From: Oopsacas minuta
Taxonomy: Eukaryota > Animalia > Porifera
Reading direction: 5' to 3'
DNA: 64,000 bases
Assembly: GCA_024704765.1 (NCBI GenBank)
Contig: JAKMXF010000332.1
Span: 218,619 to 282,618 of the forward strand
The notes beneath the pieces were generated by a model. It did not search any database. It was not told where the DNA came from and saw nothing but the letters and a program-made list of their open reading frames with translations. The position numbers and the translations under genes were made by a program. Every line of letters starts with the position of its first letter. The first letter of the stretch is position 1. Shown here piece after piece: positions 24,000-35,949 of this stretch.

Positions 24000-25337
24000 T
24001 CGCTAGAAGTTCCCATTTGAAATGTACAGTAAATTTCTCTTGTTCAGATGAAGAGTTTTAAGTGAGTTTTAGGATTGCCAAATTAGCTATTTCAAAGGGA
24101 GCATCAATATTAGCATCTAGTATTGCTAAGTGGTACATTGTTGCCTCAACAATACAACAAGCTTATTATAAATGGAGAAATCTGTGATTTTTTCACTCTT
24201 GCACCACAAATATGCTTGTCAATTGATGTTTTGTTCAAACAGACAAATGCGAACTTATTTTGGAGTGACGAGTCACTTTATTATTGAGTTTAAATTGTAG
24301 AGTGTCATGTTTACGACGATCTCATTGGTCACACGCGTTGAATATATTCTCCAACATTTTGAGGAGATATTGTCATTATTGGTATCAATGGTAGACTAGT
24401 GATATGAAGAAAGCTTTCTGTCTCCTTGATGTTTGTGTTACTGGGGATCAAGATGATATTGATGGGAATGAAAATTATGATAAGGAGGAACCAATATTGA
24501 TTTTTGGACGGATGAACTGTCATTTCAACTCCACTTTAAAGTTATATGTCATCACTTATGTTTCGATCACACATGGCAACTTGTTGTTAAAGATGGCCTG
24601 AAAAATGCAATACAGATTCAAGAGTATTGGAAAAATCTTTCATGTGACTCACTCATCCCAATCCTGTGACCTCTTCGAAAATGATCTGAAATTCAGGTGG
24701 CTAATGCGACAAGATGGAACTCTCAACTAACATGATTACATCATTACTTCTATCTGACTCAAATATGCAGATCCTTGATTTACCCGTACACACAATGCTT
24801 TTCTGAAATTGGCGCCAAACATCTGATCGAAATCCAAGGTGAGAACCAAGTGAGAGCTAGTTTACCAGTGATTCGTGGACTCCGAAATGGGATTACTAAA
24901 TTGGAAATCACATATACATCTCCATTTGTGACAGTCCTCAAATTATCTCTTAATTCCTCCCTTTCGTATTTTGAAGTGCTTTCACTTGGCTGTTGCACTT
25001 GACCCAAGATGGAAGCTAGATTGGTGTACAAATGAGGAGTCCGCAAGATTGAAGAATTTTATAATTGAAAAAGTAACCTGCAACAAGAGTTATAGATGTG
25101 GATTCCACTATGAATTTGTCAAATTCTTTCGAAACTTCACCAGTCCCTAAAATGCCCCCGTCAGTTCGAATTCATCCAGTCGTCTCCTAATCCCAGTCAA
25201 ACCTCTGATGCAGACATTGACCTCAAATCTCAAAAGCAGAGTGAAGATTATTTCACCAAGCCCTGCTTAGTTGGTGTTACAGATCCTTTGAATTTTGGAA
25301 AGTAAATCAATACAAGTATTCAGAATTAGCACATCTT
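24000..25337 (+). pseudogene. hAT (zBED-type) transposase remnant, 5' part; continues at 42074-42300
   Basis: Fragments include RQMRTYFGVTSHFI, TDPLNF and WKVNQYKYSELAHL. The dimerisation motif resumes after the 16.7-kb insertion as HLACIYFRISASSARV*LLFSIVGK. Confidence 0.75.
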
Positions 25338-26826
25338 GACGAGTGTGAAGTTGGCTGAATATTCGACTAGCAGTACTTCAACCATTAATTTGACCAACTT
25401 CCCATAGTCAGAATGTAAATATTATTAGGCCATTCGAAAGAAGAGATACGGACGTTTCTGAGAATATATTTATATTTTATAAACTTTCATTTTTTCTATT
25501 AGAAATTGGTGTAATTTAACCAGTAGTAGTTCACTTATGAATTTAGTATACTTAAACAAATATTTTTCCTGAAGTCATGGGCATGTATTCCTGCTGTATG
25601 GACGTTTATGTGTTTGAAATATTATGGTAAAATAAGCAAAACTTTTTGAGAGATTTACATTTGAAAACTGGCTTGTTAGAATCGAGTCTCTATTAGATTT
25701 GTACTAAGCACACCAATTTAATGAAACATTCTAATCAATTCTAACTATAGTAACGCATTTAGATTACTGCAATATCTACTGTTTGACCTCAGTTGACTCA
25801 TTATGAATTACTCAAAGATCAGAATATACTTTCAATTAATGCCATAGCATTTACTTTCCATATATTCCAAAATAGATTAAATAATAATCAAAGTTTACAT
25901 GTCTAGTAGAAATGAATAATTCGGAATTATTGCTAAATTTCAATGACTTAATCAACTAATGTTAGATGTACCATGAAATCATTCTAATAATATACATATT
26001 CACATGATAACTTCCCCATTTGAAATACAAAACACTGTTGCTGAAGTATAAACTTCTTGAAATAGTCCTTTGGAATTTGTATCAATATTATCTTATATTT
26101 CATCCATTCATTGACAAACTCTTTTATTTTTATCACTTTCATCAAAAAATCTTTCACGATTCTACAATTCCAAACTCTAATATAAGTCATATTGACTTGG
26201 ATTTGTTGTCTATTTTCAATATACAGTTTTTCTCGAAAAGTACGCCGGGACTATTATATATTTCGAGGTTCCTTCAAGGGGGCGATTATTCGAAGAAGGG
26301 CTACCTACTATTCAAGGAAAAAGGTATCTAAATTCTTCCCTATATCAAAGATTGTATTATTTTCTCCACATTTAGAATCATACTTTCGTTTCGACCCTCC
26401 TTCAATGGAACCAAATAGTTTCATTACTTAAGTGGAATCAATATTTCAAAATGTAACTTTCTTTCTTCCTATTTAAATTATTTCCGTCTCATCAGAACAC
26501 ACGCTTGATGTGTAATAATCAATTGCTATAACGAAAGTTGAATTTATCTTAGCACGTTTTCTGGTGAGTACGGCGCATATAGTATTTTTATGTCCCTTTT
26601 TTAGTTCCACGAGACCTTTAGCTGTTACTTTTGTATATCGAATCCACTTTCAATTCATACAAACAAGTTGCGAGTTCACTTTCTGTTGCTCCTAGCGTTA
26701 GTGATTCTATTTGGGGCATTATTTGTAAAAAACTAGATGGCCGCAATAATCCTGCTCAACTAAAATCTATTTATTTGAAATGGAGAAATAATTCACACAA
26801 TATACGTGTGTTATTCGAGCGAATAA

Positions 26827-29082
26827 CACAACTCAACAAGATTTCTCATCAGAGATCACATACATTTATCTTAGCATACTTTTGAATGCTGAACTCGAAT
26901 CTGCAATCAGAATTTCTCTAGCACGTCTAGTTGTTCTGAAATCCAATATCCATTTTTCAATAGTATAGTATTACCTAGTTACTAAATTGCTATATGATCA
27001 TGCCTATTTTTATCCAATTATCTGGAATATAAATGACTTTACTTATTTGAAATCAAGTAAATCAAATTATAAACATGCATCGTAATTGTAAAACTCATCT
27101 CGACAATTTTTGTTACGTTTGTGGTCATTTTTGCGTAAAATCACAAAGACGGCCAATCACAAATCAATTAAAGAACATATACAAATTGACTTCGAATGTC
27201 CACTTGGTGACCAAGACAAGTCGTGGGCACCACATGTTATATGCACTTCTTGTTCAAGTGGACTACGTGATTGGTTGAACAAAAGGAAAGTTTCAATGCC
27301 ATTTGCAATACCCATGGTCTGGAGGGAACAGAAATATCACCTGGATGATTGTTACTTTTGCCTTATCGACATTACAGGATTCTCAGCCAAGAATAAGCAC
27401 GCTCTTGTTTACCCAGACTTGGATTCTGCTCGCAGGCCAATTCCACACGACATCTCATTACCAATCCCAATTCCCAAGCCACAGCAAATTAAAATCGGGT
27501 CTGATATGGTGGAAGATCTTCATCCAGATTCAACAGATGCTAATTATGTCCCGGAAGATGAATTACTAGAGCCACAAACATTTACACAGGGAGAATTGAA
27601 TGACCTAGTCAGGGATCTAGACTTATCTAAAGACAAAGCTGAACTCCTTGCACCCAGGCTCAAACAGAAAAACCTACTCGACAAAGATGTCCTAGTATCC
27701 CACTATCGCAAGCGAAATTTCGATCTCGCTCAATACTACACCACTGATGGTCCACTGTGCTATTGTAATGATATCGAAGACTCTATGCAAACCTATTACA
27801 AGAACATTCTTCCTCTGATAGGCGCCTTTTCATTGACTCATCAAAACACAGTTTGAAAGCTGTTCTGTTGCATAACGGAAATCTAAAGCCTGGCGTTCCA
27901 ATTGCTCACTCCGTCTATCTCAAAGAAACCTTCGTCAATTTGCAGGAAGTTTTGGAGGCAATACAGTATAGAACACATATATGGAATATCTGCGGTGATC
28001 TTAAGATAATCGGGCTATTGATGGGCTTGCAACAAGGTTTTACAAAGTATTGTTGTTTCCTATGTCTATGGGACAGCCGATCAACTGGTGAACATGATAA
28101 AAAATGTGATTGGCCGAAAAGAACCTATGAAGTGGGGAAAACCAATTTACAGCATTCGCTATTGGTAGATCCAAACAAAGTTTTCTTACCACCACTTCAT
28201 ACTAAACTTGGATTATTGAAAACATTCGGATTTCTGCATTTAGTAGGCAAATTTCCGAAACTAAGCGAGGCAAAGTTAAAAGAGGGAGTATTTGTAGGAC
28301 CACAAATCAGACAAGTATTCAGAGACCCAGATTTCGAGAAGACATTATCCGAATTAGAAATGAGTGCTTGGAATCCTTTCAAATGGGTTTGTGAAAACTT
28401 TTGGGCAACAAGAAGTCGTCCAACTACAGAGAAGGAGTGGAAACCTTGCTCAACGCATACAAGAAGATGGGCTGTCGCATGTTGCTAAAACTTCACCTCT
28501 TGCACTCTCACCTTTATTTTCTCCCTGAGAACCTTGGTGCTGTGAGTGATGAACAGAGTGAGAGTTTCCACCAAGACATACAGGAGATGGAAACCCGGTA
28601 CCAAGGTTTCTGGAATGAGGGCATGATGTCCGATTACTGTTGGAGGCTCTTCAGGAATAATCCTAACAAGATATATAAAGGAAGTCGTACTCTCAACACT
28701 TTTAATTTAGTTAGCTACCTTTATACTTCTAGATGGATATGTATTTCCCTTTAGTTTGTGAGTAGTTGATACATGCATGAATGTGAATAATTATATGTAA
28801 GAGCTAGGATAATAACTGATATTATCTTGGCATTAATCTAAAACATCGAAACGTTGATTTATTTCAGATGGCTATCATGTAAGAAGACAAAAGACAGCCA
28901 CTGCAATAAAATAACAGGAAAAATTTAGGATTACATAAAAATCGTTGACTTGTAGATGGAAATAAAACTGGGCGTGCTGGAAAGAATCTGAAAGTAGATT
29001 TGAATTCAGCGTAAAATACTAGCTTAGAAAATGTCAATCTAATACTTGATGAGAAAATGAAGTTAAATTTTGTTGACCTGTG
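26827..29082 (+). mobile_element. Chapaev3-type (CMC) DNA transposon; transposase pseudogene at 27075-28750
   Basis: CAC...GTG termini with ~110-bp imperfect TIRs and a 3-bp TAA TSD (26824-26826 and 29083-29085). The homologous empty site is visible near 19545. Motifs are DNFCYVCG, LGDQDKSWAPH, ICGDLK, LPPLHTKLG and SDEQSESFHQDI. The family name is from recall. Confidence 0.82.
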
Positions 29083-29942
29083 TAATCGATCTATCAGTCT
29101 CGCCTCAGCCATCTATAGATTTCATACCGTGTAAATCGCTTTCTCTATGTCCACCACCTCCACAGAGTACAACCAAATCATTGATTGTGAGTTATCGTCT
29201 CGACTCTTTCTCAATAGTGGATTTGCCATCTCTTCAAACTGCCACAATTTATCGAGATATTGTCCATTGCCTGGAATCTGCGTCTTCTTTTCATGATAAT
29301 CATGAAGGAATATGTTGGGAGTCAATTGAACAGGATTTGTTAGATGATAGGCTAATGGTAATTTGGTCTTCAGCTGCATCAGACCATCTCATTACTATGA
29401 TTTGAGAGATGAGCGATACAGTATCGACCTTTGCGGATGTAATGATAGTAGTAGTTTAGTCGAATATTATTATTACAACAATCACCAGGTTCAGTTGTGG
29501 ATTGATGGTTGTAGCTTTTACCGTTATCGGAGTCCAAATTCTTACGAATGTTTTTGGGAATTTGAAAGCATTGAATTTGTAGTGTAGTTGATTCGTAAAT
29601 AATTTTCCAAAAAGGTAGTATGAACATCAAGTCATTGAGCAGACAGCCATGTTGCTAATGTGGATAGTTCTACATAAAATTGATTGTAAATCAACTATTT
29701 TGTTTGAGAATAAGTACTTGCTTCTGACCAAAGATCAGATGAGTTTATTTATTCATTAGGTAGTCAAATTGCGAGACCAGTTTTCCTGTATCGGTATTGA
29801 GGCATTTAAAGCTCTCTATACTAATTGCATTAATGCTAGGATATGCGGAATAGAAATTTCCCCGGATTGTCACCAACTCCTGGTCTGAAAATACTCTTCA
29901 TCTTCGTGTTGATGAGGATTTTGAAGATGAAGATCCTATCAA

Positions 29943-32103
29943 ATGAACAATATTATGTCAAATACAGTTAATGACCAAATAGCCCCGTTATCTGATAAAT
30001 CTCATGTATTTCTTATGACACCAGAGTCAAACGTCAATGGAGAATTTCTTCTTGAGATTGGTGAATGGGATAGTATTCATTTTATCGATTTTCAAGGTAG
30101 AGATATGTTGAATAGAGATTGGACAGCTGTGTTTAGCAATAAAATATCTAAATTATATCCAGCATGTGTTCTTAAATTTAACAATTATTGGTTTAGAAAG
30201 TCTTCCAGCCGAAAATAAATGCGCCCTACTTTCGAGCATCTGCTGAATGCAAGTTTTCTAATTGTTACAAATTTTAGTTTTGTGTTGACGAGCTTGTAAC
30301 TACGAATACAATCACAATACAATATGTAGTAAGTGGTTCACTCTCCTTGCAATAGTCTGATGGAGAGACTGTATATGCACGTCATATATCTGGTAGTTTG
30401 CGAAAAATTTATGGAGAAAGTCTTCAGCATACATCTGTCACAAATATTTTTCAGAAACAGTTCAACTGTCAAAGTAGCTCAATGGAATATTGTAGAGGTA
30501 ATTTTACTAACCTGAGGTCTCAAGAATGCTTAAGACAGATAAAAACTGAAGCTATATCATCAAATAGATTTTCTAATAATCTAATTACAGATATTTTATC
30601 ACTCAAGAATATTATCGTAACTTATTGAGTGAAAAGCCAATACCTGGTTATATTCAATATTTTGTTAAGCAACCTTTCATTATGCATCTATATATGAAGA
30701 GGCAGATAGAGGTGTTGAAATATGTAACTAAAGATATAGTTTTGCATTTGGATGCTACAGGTTCCATTATATGTAAACCTCAGTTTTGCACCAAATCTAT
30801 TTATTACTATGCTTTAACTCTACAACATCCCGACAACCACATTACACCTATCCCTGTAGCAGAAATGATAAGTTCGGACCAAGGAACTGGTGAGATAACC
30901 CACTTCCTTAACAAATGGTACTTGAATTCAAAGTTAATTCTACACAAAGAAATATATTCATAACAAGAGTGGAAATAGATTACAGTTGGGCATTGATTCA
31001 TAGCACATGTATCGCATTTAATAAAATTAATATTTTAGGGTATTTAGAGAGTTGTTGGAAAATGTAAATTCAGACGAAAGATCGGTTGATGTGGATGTCT
31101 TCACTGTATTTCATTTATGTTCTGCTCACGTAATGCATAAGTTGAGTCAGAACTTGTCAAAAACATTCAAAATCGATAAAACTCTAAAACAACTAATCCT
31201 GCATGTCTTTGCTGTAATTTTGAAAAGTATTACGATGAGAGAAATAAATTGACTTTTCATATTACTGTGTAATGTTTTATCTGTTAAGCATTCAACCGAA
31301 ATTGTCAGTTCAAGTTTAGTAGAGTTAAACGATTTAGTGAAGGGTAAAATAGAATTACAGTTAGAAAACGAAGGAAAATTTGAACTTGATACTGATACGA
31401 AAGAGAATCCTATCACTTATCATTGTAAATCACCATTTGGTAGACATTTCGATACTCTGAGAAAAGAAAATTGCACAGATCATAATTCACAAAAGGCAAT
31501 CGATCAAATCCATGTTATTCTCTAGAAGTTTTAGAATATCTGCTGACATATTATATGCCAATTGTACCTCTTTTGACTGGAATTATACTGTCTAAGAGCA
31601 ATGAAAACCTGTGTAAGGCTAGTAATGCAAATGCAGAAAATTGGTTCAGAATACTCAAACATCCAATTTTAGAAACGAAGGTAAACCTAAGAGCTGGCGA
31701 TTTTATACGTACAATGTATGAATATGTGAATGACAGAATTGATGCATTTAATTTTGGATTTCATCCTTTGGCTATCAACATATTTAAAAGTAGGAAAAGG
31801 AAATTAGAAATACAAAATGAAGAAAATTCCAAAGAAAAATGATGTCGCAGAAGTAAATGCCAACAGAGTTACATCAATCCTAATCTAAGTAGGGTAGATA
31901 AAGTTTTTGAAGCAATAAATGTGAATAAAACGGGTCGGAAAGTTAATAATAAGAGAAAGAATTCTGATTTTGTAATTCCACACAAAAAAAGGAATATTGG
32001 CAAAGATTCTGTAAGAAACACGAGCCCAGATGTTGTCCTCACAGTTAATAACGTTGAAATTATAACATTTGGATCTAATAGAATTGTGCACTTTAAATTG
32101 TGA
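29943..32103 (+). pseudogene. NOF-like (Foldback/MULE) transposase, fragmented
   Basis: Fragments include GYIQYFVKQPFIMHLY, LHLDATGS (first catalytic D), IYYYALT, PIPVAEMISSD, HLCSAHVMH and SNANAENWFRILK. Several stops and frameshifts. Confidence 0.72.
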
Positions 32104-32681
32104 TCTTCCAAGTTATAATCCCATCTCCCACACAGGAAAGTTAGATATTTGTAACACGTTACTTAATGTCAGGGTAAGTCTAAGAATAAATAATATTAAT
32201 AGTCAAATGAACAGGCCGTTGAATTATTATATACCTAGCAGAACTCAGTATATTCCTGGAGATGGGAACTGCTTATTTTCTTCCTTAGCATATTACGTGT
32301 CAGGTTCGCCAGATAATTCTCATATAATACGTAAATGCATTGTAGACAGTACGTCAAGTTCGCTAAAAGAAAAATGTGGAAAATTTATTACTAACAAATA
32401 CCCAAATACATATAGGAACATAATAGATTATATAAATAAAACAAACATCAAAGACAATGGAGTATGGGGTGGAGATTTGGAACTATTTACAGCAGCGCTT
32501 CTATTTAAGACTGACATATGGGTGTTTATGAAAGAGACTGGAAATAGTTGGAATGTATTCTCGGCAAAGGTTCTCAGTTTGATGAGGTATTAAATTCGCC
32601 TCCCGCTAATGCTAATGGATCAATATATATTGTACATACAGGTAATCACTATGAACCTGTTTTAGAATTTTTAGACAAGAT
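32069..32681 (+). pseudogene. OTU-family cysteine protease domain at the 3' end of the NOF-like reading frame
   Basis: IPGDGNCLFSSLA (Cys box), VWGGDLEL and HTGNHYEPV (His box). There is one frameshift near 32570. The hAT insertion at 32682 interrupts it just before the stop. Confidence 0.85.
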
Positions 32682-35470
32682 CAGTGGCGTCGTGCTCTAT
32701 GGGCCTGGGGGGGGCCTGGGCCCCCCCAAATTTCATGAGCCGCCTCCAGATAATTTATTTCTCCCTATTGACTAATGCTTTTCGCTTTTGGTCTTGATGC
32801 ATACTACTGATAGCTACATCATGTACATAGGCCAACTCTTAATCTTTTGTTTTATATCTCAATTTTGAACATTATTTGATTCTTTTTTCCTAACTTTCGT
32901 ATATAGTTATTATCTTTTGTTCGTCAATGAATTTGGATAAATATTTTCACCCTTTGTCACCATGTTCTCCTCCAATTATCCAATCAAGTGATACTTCTAC
33001 AGATGCAGTACCACTAATAGTTCTATATAATCGGAGACTTCGTTTGTGAATTACTCGTTGTTGAACGATGCTATGGGACAAGAATTTGTAATTCCAGTAG
33101 GCAGATTACTTCGTGCTGAATACATCAAATATGGACCTATACGACCGAAACTACCAAATAACTCGTACCCTCAGACATTATTTCATGGGAAAATGAGGGC
33201 TTTTCAGGCAAATTGGTATATTTCAAGACCCTGGTTAGTGTATAATAAGTATAATGATTCGGCTTTGTGCTTTCCCTTGTCGTGTTTTCGGTTCTGCATT
33301 AAATAAATATGATAGAATATTTGTGTAAGATGGATTTAGACAGTGGTCACATGCGTTAGAGAAAAATAGAGGATTCGATAAACATTCAAAAAGTGAAAAT
33401 CATTCCATGTGCATGGAAAAATGGACTAGTTATTTACATGAAACTCCGGTAGATGTCCTCATCAGCGAAGATATGAAGAAAGCATTATCTCTTGCGAATA
33501 AAGAAAGGCAATAAAAAAAAGATATTGTTTATCCCCTGATTGATGTAGTTATTACATTAGCTCAATTGAACTTGCCTTTTCGTGGTCATAATGAAGGAGA
33601 AGTGTCTGCGAATAAAGCTGTTTTCAAGGGAATTGTCGAACTTATTTCTCGTTATCACCCACCTTTAATGATTCATCTACAAAAGTGACAAGCAAATCCA
33701 AAAGGTTATCCCAGTTATTTATCACCTACTTCTCAGAATGAAATGATTCAGTATAGTGCCGAAATCTTGAGGGAAGATATTATTGAAAATATTCAAATAG
33801 CTCACTTTTTTTCAATTTGTTAAGATACTACTCCAGATATAGTTAAGAAAGATCAGTTATTTATTGTAGTAAGATATGTTAATATAAATGGTGAAATAAT
33901 TGAATCTCTACTTGACTTGATTGATCAGGCAAATTATACAGCTGTAGGGTTAGTGGCAACTATTGTTGAAGTTTTGTGTAAGCACGGATTATTGATCGAA
34001 TCATTACGTGGTCAAGGTTATGATGGATGTGCAACAATGGCTGGTAGATATAATGGAGTCCAAAATTTATTTTAAGTAAAGAACCCTAAAGCAAATTTTG
34101 TACATTGTTATGCGCATCGGTTAAACCTAGTTATTATTGATACTTGTAAACGCAATGTGATCACTAGAAATTTCTTTGGAATAATGCAAAAGCTGTACGC
34201 ATTTATTGAGGGTAGCACAAAGAGACATGGGTTATTTAAAGATATCCAGATGAAATGCTATGCCAGTCAGGGTGAAGGGAAGAAAATAGGCACACTTAAA
34301 TCACTAAGCGATACTAGATGGTCTTCCCGTGCAGAGGCATGCCAAGTTTTGCTTGAAAATATTAGTGTTCTTCTAAAGGTTCTAGATTCTATTATATACG
34401 ATGGTAAATATGATTCTGGTATAGCATCAGATGCTTTCTCTCTATCAAAATGTATAGATTTCCAATTTTGTCTATGTTTAGTTACCTTTACAGATATCTT
34501 CAAATTGTGTAGTATCATTTCAAAACATCTTCAAAGTGAAGATCTTAACATATCATCAGCAAGTCTACATATTGAATCTTTGATTAGTATATTACAAGGG
34601 TATACAACTGAAGCATATTTTGATCAATTATATTTATAAGCTGAAATAATTGCTGAGAATATTCGCGTCACATATAGTGAACCACGTCACATGAAGGTAC
34701 CTACAAGGTTGGATGATAGTAAACACCATGTACCAATAGTGTTAACTGGAAAAGATCGTATGAAAGAGAAATTCTTTAATGATGTGATAGAGTTGATTAA
34801 AGAAGCGCTTCAGAGTAGATTCTCACATGAAACCATGCCTCTTCTCAAATCTATTGAATGCTTAAATCCTCCTAAACCTGAAACTATACAGGATTTAAGA
34901 GTACTATCAAGTTATTATATTGGCGACTTCGATGCAGATTTTATAGAATATGAATACAAACTTCTTGCGAAATCAATTGAATTATCCAATATCGGGAAAA
35001 TTGGAATTCATAAACTTTATCTTGATATGGTCAAAGAAGGAATAGCCAAATTATATCCCAATTTGAACATTCTATATATGTTGATTCTTACACTACCAGT
35101 AACATCCTCCGCATTTGAACGTTCTTTTTCAACATTAAAGCTTATTAAGACTCGATTACGTAGCACGATGTGTGAAAACAGGTTAAGTAATTTACTGTTA
35201 TTGTCCGTTGAATCTAACAGAATGAAATCAATCCCTGAAACATTTGAGAAGATTCACGAGAGATTTTGGAATACTCCCAGGAAATAGTGTATATCAGTAC
35301 TGAACATATGAACACTAATTTAGAAATATAATAGTATTTACCATAGATTACTTGAAATATAGTTTGAAGCAAAGACAGTTCGAGTACTTTTATTATGATA
35401 TTTATAACTCTTTTGGGATGTATTATTGACTCTATGCCCCCCCAGAAATTTTCCAAGCACGACGCCACTG
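32682..35470 (+). mobile_element. hAT element with a ZMYM1-like transposase pseudogene (about 33046-35287)
   Basis: 15-bp perfect TIR CAGTGGCGTCGTGCT and a perfect 8-bp TSD GACAAGAT (32674-32681 and 35471-35478). Motifs are FQANWY..RPWL, LPFRGHNE, GQGYDG, TRWSSR and LPVTSSAFERSFS. Confidence 0.95.
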
Positions 35471-35949
35471 GACAAGATTATAGTATAGATACAACAAGAG
35501 AGGTCAACTGGTAACACACATTTCAAGACTATGCAAGGATCATATAATCTTATAATCTGATGTATTCTGTGAATTTTGATCAATGTTTTCGTATTTATTG
35601 AACTGAATATCAATTCACCAATAAATAAAACTATATTTAGATTCACAAATCATTTCATATTACATCAAACAGTAGATATTGCAGTAATCTAAATGCGTTA
35701 CTATAGTTAGAATTGATTAGAATGTTTCATTAAATTGGTGTGCTTAGTACTGTTGCGTAGGATTTTGACCCGCGTAGGATTTTGACCCGCAAGTAGCAAT
35801 TGCAAATCAAGTAATATCAACATTTCATCCCTAGTCATATAGTATTCGTATTTATAAATGTGTGACTTCCTAAATGCACACACTAACATTTTACTTTGTT
35901 TCTAGATTTCAACATCAAACACTTATATTTACTTTTGGCATTTTTCATT

